DNA of 32,000 nucleotides from assembly GCA_024277355.1 (NCBI GenBank), contig JAJRVL010000004.1, positions 240,001 to 272,000 of the forward strand, written 5' to 3'. The stretch comes from an archaeon (GTDB lineage Archaea > Iainarchaeota > Iainarchaeia > Iainarchaeales > 1-14-0-10-31-34). Shown piece after piece: positions 8,692-16,634 of this stretch. The translations under genes and the position numbers were made by a program. The number at the start of each line of letters is the position of its first letter. The stretch's first letter is position 1. The notes below the pieces were generated by a model that did not search any database, was not told where the DNA came from, and saw only the letters and a list, made by a program, of their open reading frames with translations.

Positions 8692-9137
8692 TTTACTCCG
8701 GAATATTCATTAAAATTTAATTTCATTTCCTCTATTGCTGATGATTCAATTTTGTGTTTTAGTTCTCTTGTTTTAACAAAACCATTTTTTTCATATAATT
8801 TTTTTGCAGTAAAATTGTTTTTTTTAACTATAAGCATTATTTCTTTTATTTCTTTTTTTCTGCATAATTCAATAAGAAAATCAAGTAGTTTTTTTCCTAT
8901 CTTGTTTCCTCTGAATTCTTTTTTTACTGCCATTCCTAAAAGATTTACAGTAAAATCCTTAAATTTGAATTCAATAAAACCGACTAAATTATTTTTTTCT
9001 TTTACAGTGAAAATAATGTTTCCATTATTAATTCTTTTATTTATTTTTTCAATTGTTTTTTTTGTATAAGGAAATTCATTTTCAACTAATTTATTTATTT
9101 CATTAAAATCTTTTTTTTCTGCCTGAATTATTTCCAT
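8688..9137 (-). CDS. GNAT-family N-acetyltransferase
   Basis: About 149 aa from ATG 9137 (the ORF track starts at GTG 9146). Acetyl-CoA motif LLGMAVKKEFRGNKIGKKLLDFLIE (R-x-x-G-x-G/A type). AGTGTT lies 5 nt upstream of ATG 9137. Confidence 0.75.
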   Translation of the reverse strand: MEIIQAEKKDFNEINKLVENEFPYTKKTIEKINKRINNGNIIFTVKEKNNLVGFIEFKFKDFTVNLLGMAVKKEFRGNKIGKKLLDFLIELCRKKEIKEIMLIVKKNNFTAKKLYEKNGFVKTRELKHKIESSAIEEMKLNFNEYSGVN

Positions 9138-9798
9138 AAAAAACACTTAAATACTCTTCAATTTCTTCAAGTGAAACAGCACAACCATTGAATTTCAACC
9201 CATATAACGCTGCTTCAAGTGATTTAACTGAATTCTCTAATTCTCCTTCAAAACAACCTAAATCAAATGCTTTTGCAATTAATTCAGCTGATCTTACAAT
9301 CTTTATGTTTCCTGCAACAGAAAGAAATTTCTTTAAATTAGTGTTATTCATTTTAATTTTTCTTCTGTAATTAAATCTTAATTTTTTTGCGAGATTTTTG
9401 GGTTCTTCAATCAGCATTCTTGTAGTTCTTTCATCAATTATCATTACAGAAGCATTGGTTTTTTTGTATAAAGCAAGAGTTTCAGCTTCGCCTGCATGAA
9501 TAACTTTAATTGGCTTGTTTTCAGCAAAAAAAATATTGTTTGCAAGATTTTCCAGTTCACTTGAATCAATTTCTTCTTTTTCAACTTTAAACCAGTTTAA
9601 ATCAATTGCTCTTTTTATTCGCAAAGCATTTAATTCAAAACGATTTATTTTCAATGGCTTTAAAACTGACTCAAATTCAACTGCTTTAGTAATTCTAAAA
9701 CTGTAATTTGTTTTTTTTGATAAATTTTCAAGAATATTCATTAAACAGTTCTGTGAAACAGAAATAATTGAACTTGAATCAAAAACAATTTCATTCAT
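9103..9798 (-). CDS. PIN-domain protein (COG2405/DUF3368-like)
   Basis: IVFDSSSII (N-terminal acidic strand), HAGEAETLALY and VMIIDERTTR match the GEAE...DD/E-R pattern of this PIN subfamily. I prefer the start at MNEIVF (9798, 8-nt overlap with the upstream gene). An alternative ATG is at 9831. Confidence 0.55.
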   Translation of the reverse strand: MNEIVFDSSSIISVSQNCLMNILENLSKKTNYSFRITKAVEFESVLKPLKINRFELNALRIKRAIDLNWFKVEKEEIDSSELENLANNIFFAENKPIKVIHAGEAETLALYKKTNASVMIIDERTTRMLIEEPKNLAKKLRFNYRRKIKMNNTNLKKFLSVAGNIKIVRSAELIAKAFDLGCFEGELENSVKSLEAALYGLKFNGCAVSLEEIEEYLSVFYGNNSGRKKRF

Positions 9799-10345
9799 TA
9801 AAAATTCCTTCCAGCATTTTTTTTCTTTCATTTATTCCTTTAATTGTTTTTTCTCTGTCATGAATTTTAGTTATTCCAACATATTCCAGTAAATCTTTTT
9901 CATTTGCATCAGTTAAACTGCTTGACTGCCTTAAACTTAAACCTAAAGCATAAGCCCTTGAAGCCTGCTTTACTCTTGCTTTTTCATATAAATTTGCAAC
10001 AAAATTTCCCATTGAAGAATCAACTTCAAAAACTCTTTTAGAAATATTATTTAATTCTTTCTTGAATTCATTAAAATTTTTTTTTCTAAGACTGCCTGTT
10101 GCATTCCCCAAAGAAAAATCAATTCTTGTTTTAATTTTATTCCATTTTTCTGTTTCAATAATATGCGGTTTAGATAATAATTTTTGTAAAGAATAAGAAA
10201 TCAATGAAAGCTGAGCTAAAATTTTATCTGACTTTAATGCTGCTTCTTCAATTAAATCATTGCTCAACTGCCTTAACTTAAATGAATCATTTTTCAAAAA
10301 CGCTTTCCTTATTTTTTCTGTTGCATTAATTAAATCCGAAATCAT
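9791..10345 (-). CDS. Hypothetical helical protein
   Basis: 184-aa ORF with no recognisable motifs. First gene of an overlapping three-gene unit with the PIN and GNAT genes. TGA stop. Confidence 0.5.
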   Translation of the reverse strand: MISDLINATEKIRKAFLKNDSFKLRQLSNDLIEEAALKSDKILAQLSLISYSLQKLLSKPHIIETEKWNKIKTRIDFSLGNATGSLRKKNFNEFKKELNNISKRVFEVDSSMGNFVANLYEKARVKQASRAYALGLSLRQSSSLTDANEKDLLEYVGITKIHDREKTIKGINERKKMLEGIFNE

Positions 10346-10369
10346 GCATTAAAAAAAAGGAAACTAAAC

Positions 10370-10377
10370 TATTTATA
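10370..10377 (-). promoter_or_regulatory. TATA box (TATAAATA) for the 9791-10345 gene, leaderless geometry
   Basis: On the minus strand TATAAATA ends 24 nt before ATG 10345. Confidence 0.4.
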
Positions 10378-10405
10378 CCTTTTTAATGATAAAAAAGTAA
10401 AAACC

Positions 10406-10413
10406 TTTAAATA
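10406..10413 (+). promoter_or_regulatory. TATA box (TTTAAATA) for the 10435 gene, leaderless geometry
   Basis: Box starts 29 nt upstream of ATG 10435, with no SD. Confidence 0.4.
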
Positions 10414-10434
10414 AAAGTTTCATATATTCTAAAT

Positions 10435-11085
10435 ATGCAGTTAACAAAAAACCATTACGCAGCAATAGCAATTGTAATTATTGCAATTACAACTGTATTA
10501 TTATCGCAGTTTCCATTAGAAAATCCTAAACAAAATGACTTAGATGACGAAAAATTTTATTTAAATATTCCTGATTATAACGGCGAAGAATATTATACTA
10601 ATATTCCAGATTATGATATTAAACAGGAACCAGATGATTTCTTTAACAATAAACCAACTCCAGTTGAAATTCCCTTGGAATTTTCAATTGAAACTTCCGG
10701 CTGTTTAGGAGAAGTAAAAGACAATGCTTTTATGCCTGATGAAGAAAAAATAAAAGAAGTAAAAGAAAATCCAGTTTTAACTGCAGGAAAAAATTCAATT
10801 AAAGTAGAACATTATGGAAAATTATTTTGCAATGGAGCATCAAAAATTGACACTAATGCTTTTATCAATACTGATGGATTTGTAATAATATTAGAACAAG
10901 AAGAAGTTGATTCAGATAAATTTGTTTATGGTCCAACAACTTCTCCTCCTGAAGAAAGATTAATCTGCATTTGCGATTACAAAACAACAGTTAAAGTAAC
11001 CGGAATGACACCAGATACTTATTCAGTTATAGTTGAAAACAAAGAAGGACAAGACTGGTTATACGAAGCAGTAACAGTAAACTAA
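10435..11085 (+). CDS. Membrane-anchored extracellular protein, unknown function
   Basis: 216-aa ORF. N-terminal TM/signal anchor AAIAIVIIAITTVLL, a duplicated NIPDY motif, and several Cys residues. Confidence 0.55.
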   Translation: MQLTKNHYAAIAIVIIAITTVLLSQFPLENPKQNDLDDEKFYLNIPDYNGEEYYTNIPDYDIKQEPDDFFNNKPTPVEIPLEFSIETSGCLGEVKDNAFMPDEEKIKEVKENPVLTAGKNSIKVEHYGKLFCNGASKIDTNAFINTDGFVIILEQEEVDSDKFVYGPTTSPPEERLICICDYKTTVKVTGMTPDTYSVIVENKEGQDWLYEAVTVN

Positions 11086-11116
11086 TTCTAAAAAAAAGAA
11101 GCAAATAATACTTAAT

Positions 11117-11181
11117 AAAAAAATGCTTTATCGAGCTGAAAGCGAAGATAATGCACTGGTGTTAACTGACAGCGGCAGTTA
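11117..11181 (-). terminator. Structured 3-prime trailer of tRNA-Pro ending in hairpin plus T7
   Basis: Minus strand directly after the discriminator base reads TAACTG-CCGCTGT-CAGTTA (11163-11181), then GCTTT-CAGCTCGAT-AAAGC (11125-11143), followed by ATTTTTTT (11117-11124). Confidence 0.4.
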
Positions 11182-11337
11182 TGGGACTGCCCGGATTTGA
11201 ACCGGGGTCAATGGCTAATTTGCAACAGTTATTTAACAGAATAAAACAAAGCAAACCGGCTGAAAACCATGCCTGCACTCAACTGATAAAACAGTTGCCC
11301 CAAAGCCACAATGCTAACCAAGCTACACCACAGCCCC
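11182..11337 (-). tRNA. tRNA-Pro (anticodon UGG) with an 82-nt intron at the canonical 37/38 position
   Basis: Acceptor GGGGCTG/CAGTCCC with discriminator A. D-loop contains GG. Anticodon stem GTGGC/GCCAT, loop TT-TGG-G (anticodon 11302-11300). T arm CCCGG-TTCAAAT-CCGGG. No encoded CCA. The intron is flanked by a canonical BHB. Confidence 0.9.
11217..11298 (-). other. tRNA intron with hBHBh-prime splicing motif
   Basis: 4-bp central helix T32-G35 (TTTG) with CAAA. 3-nt bulges GG^G and TT^A. Outer helix CAACTGTT/AACTGTTG with one T-T mismatch. Confidence 0.8.
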
Positions 11338-11363
11338 AAAACTGCAATTATACTCTTAAAACT

Positions 11364-11371
11364 TAATAAAA
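11364..11371 (-). promoter_or_regulatory. TATA-like box (TTTTATTA) upstream of tRNA-Pro
   Basis: On the minus strand the box ends 26 nt before tRNA position 1 (11337). Confidence 0.3.
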
Positions 11372-11421
11372 GAAAGTTTTTAAAGTAAAAGCATTTAAGT
11401 TATTGGAACATAATTCTTACT

Positions 11422-13260
11422 ATGAATTTCAGAGAATTAGCTGAATATTTTAATAAAATTGAATTAATTTCTTCTCGATTAGAAATGACTAAAATTTTAG
11501 CTGAATTACTAAAAAAAGCTGATTCAGAAAACATAAAAAAAATTGTTTTTTTATGTCAGGGAAGATTAGGTGCAAACTATGAAAAAACTGAGTCAGGTTT
11601 AGGAGAAAAAATGGTAATTGAAGCAATAGTAAAAGCTTCAGGTTTTACAAAAAAAGAAATAGAAAAAAGCTTCAGAGAAAAAGGCGATTTAGGTTTAGCT
11701 GCAGAAGAATTTTGTTCCCAAAAAAAACAGGCTTCATTATTTTCAGAAGAATTAAATGTAAAAAAAGTTTTTAATAATTTAATTAAAATTTCAAAAACAG
11801 AAGGAACAGGCTCAAAAGAATCAAAACTAAAATTAATGGCTGAATTATTTAATTCTGCTTCAGGAACAGAAGCAAAATTTATTGCAAGAATTCCATTAGA
11901 AAATTTAAGGTTAGGCGTAGGAGATCCAACAATAATGGATTCTTTGGCTTCAAATTTGCTTGAAGAAGGAAAACAAAACAAACAATGGATTAAAGAAATT
12001 GAAACAGAAATGAAAGAAAAAAAAATTAAAGAAAAAAACTGGAAAGAAGAATTAAATCGAAAAATTAAATTAAAGTTAAGGGAAAAAATAGAAGAAAAAT
12101 ATAATATTCATCCAGATTTAGGTTTAATTGCAGAAATACTGAAAAAAAAAGGACTTAAAGGATTAAAAGAAATTCAAATTCAAATTGGAATTCCTATCAG
12201 ACCAACACTTGCAGAAAGACTGAATTCTTCAGAAGAAATAATAAAAAAATTAGGCAACTGTATTGTTGAAAGCAAATATGATGGATTTAGAATTCAATGC
12301 CATAAAGATGGAAATAAAGTATGGATTTATTCAAGGCAGTCAGAAAACATGACTGAAATGTTTCCTGATTTAGTTAAAGCAATAAAAGAAGAAATCAAAA
12401 CAGAAAAAGTTATTTTAGAAGGAGAAGCAATTGCATTTAATGAATTAACCAATGAATTCTGGCCTTTTCAGATTACAATTCAAAGAAAAAGAAAATATGG
12501 AATAGATGACAAAGCAAAAGAATTTCCATTAAAATTATTTGTTTTTGATATAATGTTTTTAGAAGGAAAAAATTTAATGAACGAAACTTTTACTGAAAGA
12601 AGAAAAGCTTTAAAAGACATAATTGGAAACGGAAATACAGTTGCTTTAACTAATTTTATTGAAACTGATTCAGCAAAAAAATTAGATGAATTTTTTGAAG
12701 AAAGTATTACTAATGGATTAGAAGGAATTATTGCAAAAGACTTAAATGCAAAATATATTGCAGGAAAAAGAAAATTTGCCTGGATTAAATTAAAGAGAAG
12801 CTATAAAGGAGAATTAAATGATTCAGTTGACGGAGTAATAATAGGTTATTATACTGGAAAAGGAAAAAGAACTGAATTTGGTTTAGGTGCATTATTAACT
12901 GCAGTTTATTCAGAAAAAGAAGATGTCTTTAAAAGCATTGCAAAAATTGGAACAGGATTAACAGACAAAAATTTAAGTGAACTGGAAAAAATTCTGAAAA
13001 AAATTTCTTCAAAGAAAAAACCTGCAAGAGTTGAATCAGAATTAACTCCTGATTACTGGACTGCTCCAAAATATGTAATTGAATTAAGAGCAGATGAAAT
13101 AACCCAAAGTCCAATTCATTTAGCTGCAAAAAAAGACGGAAAAGGCCTTGCATTGAGATTTCCAAGAATGATTTCAATAAGACAAGACAAAAAACCGGAA
13201 GACGCAACAACAGAAGAAGAAATCAAAAAAATGTATGAAAAACAAGGAAAAAAAGAATAA
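11422..13260 (+). CDS. lig: ATP-dependent DNA ligase
   Basis: 612-aa ORF. Adenylation motif ESKYDGFR (KxDG), EGEAIAF, LFVFDIMFLEG, EGIIAKD and WIKLKR. Contains a K/E-rich insertion (about 11962-12100) before the YNIHPDLG segment. Confidence 0.9.
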   Translation: MNFRELAEYFNKIELISSRLEMTKILAELLKKADSENIKKIVFLCQGRLGANYEKTESGLGEKMVIEAIVKASGFTKKEIEKSFREKGDLGLAAEEFCSQKKQASLFSEELNVKKVFNNLIKISKTEGTGSKESKLKLMAELFNSASGTEAKFIARIPLENLRLGVGDPTIMDSLASNLLEEGKQNKQWIKEIETEMKEKKIKEKNWKEELNRKIKLKLREKIEEKYNIHPDLGLIAEILKKKGLKGLKEIQIQIGIPIRPTLAERLNSSEEIIKKLGNCIVESKYDGFRIQCHKDGNKVWIYSRQSENMTEMFPDLVKAIKEEIKTEKVILEGEAIAFNELTNEFWPFQITIQRKRKYGIDDKAKEFPLKLFVFDIMFLEGKNLMNETFTERRKALKDIIGNGNTVALTNFIETDSAKKLDEFFEESITNGLEGIIAKDLNAKYIAGKRKFAWIKLKRSYKGELNDSVDGVIIGYYTGKGKRTEFGLGALLTAVYSEKEDVFKSIAKIGTGLTDKNLSELEKILKKISSKKKPARVESELTPDYWTAPKYVIELRADEITQSPIHLAAKKDGKGLALRFPRMISIRQDKKPEDATTEEEIKKMYEKQGKKE

Positions 13261-13340
13261 AAAAAATATAAAGAAAAACAAAACAAAAAAGCTAACAGAA
13301 AGAAATAATAACCCAAAAAAGTTTAGTATTAAGGATTAAA

Positions 13341-13589
13341 ATGAACAAAACAGTATTTTTTTTGTTTAGAGCATCATTATTTATGACAGGGTTTGTAGCA
13401 GTAGCTTATGCTATGGTTTACTTTGGACAGTATTTAGGGGAATTCAGAGATTACTTTTTTCGTGCAGGAAAATGGCCTGAAGCATTAGCTTTATTAATAA
13501 TTGTTTTAGGAATAAGCTCAGTATTAAGGAAACTGCTGTTATGGGAATACAGAAAAGAAGCAGGAATTAAAAGGAGAAAAAAAAGATGA
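13341..13589 (+). CDS. Small two-TM membrane protein
   Basis: 82-aa ORF with two hydrophobic helices and a basic tail (KRRKKR). Its TGA stop overlaps the next ATG (ATGA). Confidence 0.45.
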   Translation: MNKTVFFLFRASLFMTGFVAVAYAMVYFGQYLGEFRDYFFRAGKWPEALALLIIVLGISSVLRKLLLWEYRKEAGIKRRKKR

Positions 13590-14566
13590 ATCCATTCAAA
13601 ATAGTAATTAGTTTTATTATAATTATTTACTTGTTTTTTTTTATTTCAAATATTTTTTTTCCTGCAGCTTTTCCAAAAGAAGAAATAATAAACAAAATAA
13701 CTGAACAAATAGAAAACTCAAAAACAAAATTAGGAGAATACAATTCAAAATATAATATTAAATTCCAAAAAAAAGTAAGTTTAACAAAAAATGATTTTGA
13801 AACAAAAAACACTAAAATTGAATTTCAATGCAATTCTTACAGGCATTGCTGTTCAGAAAATGAAGAATGCAGTGAAAAAATTGAATGGACAAAAAATACA
13901 GTTAAGTTTAACGAAACAGCAAATCCAATAACAAGCACCAGATGTGAAGAAATAAAAGGAACTTTTTTCTGCAAAATTTATTTAGGAAAAATTCCAGCTC
14001 AAATTAAATTAAATGATTTCAGCATAAACAATAACTTTAATTTTAATTCAGATAAACTCAAAATAACTGCAAAAATAATTAATGCAGGAGCAGTAACAGA
14101 AAATTTTGCTGTAATGCAGACAAAAATTTTTATTGTATTTTATGAAAACGGAGAAAAAAAAGAAGAATTAATAAAAGAAGTTTCAGGCAAAACCACAAAA
14201 ATTGAACCAAATGAAATAAAAATATTAACAGAAGAAATTGAAATTAATTCTTCAGGAGAATACTTAATTAAAACAAAAATAACCGGATTAGATTTTGGTT
14301 TAACTGAAAAAAAATCCACAATAAATGTTTTTGGAGACACAGAATATAACTGCAGAATAAATAAAACAAAAAAAGAAATTTTTATTTACCCTGAAACAAT
14401 AGGAGAAAACAAAATTCCTGAATGCGAAATAAAATATTTTTGTTCAAACTGCTTATATGCATTTGAATGCAAATACGCATGGAAACAAGAAACCTCTGAA
14501 AAAAACTTTGAATTAGGAACAAAAGATTACTCAACAGAAGAAACAAGAGGAACCAATTGCAGTTAA
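13586..14566 (+). CDS. Membrane-anchored Cys-rich protein with CARDB-like beta-sandwich segment
   Basis: 326-aa ORF. N-terminal TM IVISFIIIIYLFFFI, many Cys residues, and a segment INAGAVTENFAVMQTKIFIVFYENGEKKEELIKEVSGKTTKIEPNEIKILTEEIEINSSGEYLIKTKI that resembles CARDB-type domains. Confidence 0.5.
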   Translation: MNPFKIVISFIIIIYLFFFISNIFFPAAFPKEEIINKITEQIENSKTKLGEYNSKYNIKFQKKVSLTKNDFETKNTKIEFQCNSYRHCCSENEECSEKIEWTKNTVKFNETANPITSTRCEEIKGTFFCKIYLGKIPAQIKLNDFSINNNFNFNSDKLKITAKIINAGAVTENFAVMQTKIFIVFYENGEKKEELIKEVSGKTTKIEPNEIKILTEEIEINSSGEYLIKTKITGLDFGLTEKKSTINVFGDTEYNCRINKTKKEIFIYPETIGENKIPECEIKYFCSNCLYAFECKYAWKQETSEKNFELGTKDYSTEETRGTNCS

Positions 14567-14610
14567 CCAAGAAGACTTAAAAAGTATTTGCAATTAAATT
14601 TATTTATTAA

Positions 14611-14616
14611 AGGTGA
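14611..14616 (+). promoter_or_regulatory. Shine-Dalgarno AGGTGA
   Basis: AGGTGA lies 5 nt upstream of ATG 14622. The GTG at 14613 used by the ORF track is part of this motif. Confidence 0.5.
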
Positions 14617-14621
14617 AAAAA

Positions 14622-15272
14622 ATGGAAGTATTTATTGACACAGCAAACATAAAAGAAATAAAAAAATATTATGAAATGGGAATAGTTGACGGAGTAACCA
14701 CTAACCCTTCATTAATAGCAAAAGAAACAAAATCTTTTGAAGAAATAATTAAAGAAATAGTTTCAGTTGTAAACGGCCCAATTAGTATTGAAGCAACAGC
14801 AGAAAACGCAGAAGACATAATAAAAGAAGGAGAAAAATACTCTAAAATACACAAAAATATTGTAATTAAAGTTGCAATGAACGAAGAAGGATTAAAAGCA
14901 ATAAAAGAATTAACAAAAAAAAACATTAAAACTAACTGCACTTTAATTTTTTCTGCTAATCAGGCATTGCTTGCAGCAAAAGCAGGAGCCACTTATGTAA
15001 GTGTTTTTATTGGAAGATTAGATGACGCAGGAAATGACGGAATGCAGGTAATAAAAGATACAATGGAAATATTCAAAAAATTTGGAATTAAAAGCAAGTT
15101 AATTGCAGCAAGTATTAGAAATCCAATTCATGTAATTGAATCAGCTAAAGCAGGATCAGATGTGGCAACAATTCCATTTAAAGTATTAGATTTAATGATA
15201 AAACACCCATTAACAGACAAAGGCATACAAAAATTTTTGGATGACTGGAAAAAAGTAAAAAAGGATGTTTAA
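14622..15272 (+). CDS. Transaldolase / fructose-6-phosphate aldolase (short TalC/FSA class)
   Basis: 216 aa from ATG 14622. [25 protein letters not shown], and [26 protein letters not shown]. Confidence 0.85.
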   Translation: MEVFIDTANIKEIKKYYEMGIVDGVTTNPSLIAKETKSFEEIIKEIVSVVNGPISIEATAENAEDIIKEGEKYSKIHKNIVIKVAMNEEGLKAIKELTKKNIKTNCTLIFSANQALLAAKAGATYVSVFIGRLDDAGNDGMQVIKDTMEIFKKFGIKSKLIAASIRNPIHVIESAKAGSDVATIPFKVLDLMIKHPLTDKGIQKFLDDWKKVKKDV

Positions 15273-15889
15273 TGAAACCAATAAAAAAAATAAAAGCACT
15301 AATCAGAAGCACTCCAATGGAATTAGCTAAAGGAGGCATTAAAAGTCAAATAATAAAAATAACTAATCCAAAAAGATACAAAGAACTTAAAGCAATGCGG
15401 GGAAATAAAAAAAAATTAATTCAGGAAAAGAAAAGAATAATTGAATTAATAAAAAATTCGCTGCATTACAGTAAAATTAAACCAATAAAAATTTACGGCA
15501 GAATAAAAACTTTAGGAAGTTTAGACAGAAAAGAAAGATATGCACAAAAAACATACAAAGAAAACGCAAAAGACTTTATGGGAAAAGACTTAATTGGAAT
15601 AAGCATAATAATTAAATCAAAAAAAGAAGCAAACCATGTTTTAAAAACACTAAAAAGAATTGGAACGTTTCCTGAATTAAAAGAAAGACAAAACCCAAGA
15701 GATTATTTTGAAAACGCAAAACAAGTAAGAAGACCAGAAGTAAAAACAACAAATTCAATTACAGGAAATCTAAATATTAATGGAACTATTTTTCATATAA
15801 GAATAATGACTCCAGAAACCTTACAAAAAGAAAACATTGGAAGAAGAGACTACAAAAAAAGAATAAAACAAACAATAAACAAAAAATAA
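15272..15889 (+). CDS. Divergent RelA/SpoT-like (small alarmone synthetase-like) nucleotidyltransferase-fold protein
   Basis: 205-aa ORF. GRIKTLGSLDRK (cf. GRxKxxxSxxxK), DLIGISII (cf. DxxGxRI), RDYFENAKQ (cf. KDYIxxPK), and FHIRIMTPE...RRDYKKR (cf. VEIQIRTxxMHxWAExxHxxYK). The catalytic Glu is replaced by His. The start overlaps the transaldolase stop (TAATG). Confidence 0.35.
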   Translation: MKPIKKIKALIRSTPMELAKGGIKSQIIKITNPKRYKELKAMRGNKKKLIQEKKRIIELIKNSLHYSKIKPIKIYGRIKTLGSLDRKERYAQKTYKENAKDFMGKDLIGISIIIKSKKEANHVLKTLKRIGTFPELKERQNPRDYFENAKQVRRPEVKTTNSITGNLNINGTIFHIRIMTPETLQKENIGRRDYKKRIKQTINKK

Positions 15890-15892
15890 AAT

Positions 15893-16576
15893 TTACTTTT
15901 TTTCTAATTCAATTTTTTTTATTTCAAAAAAACCTGAATCCTTATCCCAGTGACTTTCGGCTTCAACAACTTTAAGTTTTTTCTTAAAAAACGGAGCATT
16001 TAAAACAAAAGATTCATATTCTCCGCCTTCACCTGCAACATTTAAGCCAATAGTTTTATCTAATTCAATTAATTCATTCAAAACTTTTTCATTTAAAGTT
16101 TTTCCAAGCCATTTTTCATCTAAGCCCTGGGCTGCAACGCCAACAATTAAAACTTCAAATTTTTTTTCAATTAATTCCCTTAAATATTCTGTTTGATTTC
16201 TCTGCCATAAAGGAGAAAAACATTCAAGACTTAATTCATTACAGATTTTTTCAATTCGTTTTTTTTGATAAGAAGAAGCTAAAGCACCAGTGGTTATTCC
16301 TTCAATTTCAAAATCTTTTTTTGCTTTAATTAAAGCAGAAGTTAAATCAGTTAATTCTTTTTCTTCTTCTCCTAAAGTATTTGCATACATAATTTCTATT
16401 TCTGCTGCTTTACTCTGAAAAGAAGTTAATTTAATATTTGGAGTATGAAACATAAAACTGTATTTGTTTTCTGAAATCATTGAAATTAAAATTTTTATTT
16501 CATGTTTTTGTTCTATTGCCCAGTTAACCGCAAAACAAGAATCTTTTCCTCCAGAAAACAAACTTCCTAACTTCAT
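15893..16576 (-). CDS. Diphthine-ammonia ligase (Dph6/MJ0570-type PP-loop ATPase)
   Basis: 227-aa ORF. N-terminal SGGKDS PP-loop and EGGEYESFVLNAPFF near the C-terminus. Confidence 0.75.
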   Translation of the reverse strand: MKLGSLFSGGKDSCFAVNWAIEQKHEIKILISMISENKYSFMFHTPNIKLTSFQSKAAEIEIMYANTLGEEEKELTDLTSALIKAKKDFEIEGITTGALASSYQKKRIEKICNELSLECFSPLWQRNQTEYLRELIEKKFEVLIVGVAAQGLDEKWLGKTLNEKVLNELIELDKTIGLNVAGEGGEYESFVLNAPFFKKKLKVVEAESHWDKDSGFFEIKKIELEKK

Positions 16577-16599
16577 TAAAAAATTGTTCCTGAAAAAGA

Positions 16600-16607
16600 T
16601 TAAATAT
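16600..16607 (+). promoter_or_regulatory. TATA-like box (TTAAATAT) for alaX
   Basis: Box centre is about 31 nt upstream of ATG 16635. It sits too close to the TTG at 16611 for that codon to be the start. Confidence 0.35.
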
Positions 16608-16634
16608 TAATTGATTTCCTTGTTTTATGAATCT

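Noticed and set aside
11217-11298. C/D-box sRNA encoded in the tRNA intron (as in some archaeal tRNA-Trp introns)
   Set aside because: No RUGAUGA C box or correctly placed CUGA D box is present in the 82-nt intron.
11181-11366. 61-aa plus-strand ORF (MGLPGFEPGS...)
   Set aside because: It is the antisense of tRNA-Pro and its intron. The GC-rich tRNA sequence simply lacks stop codons.
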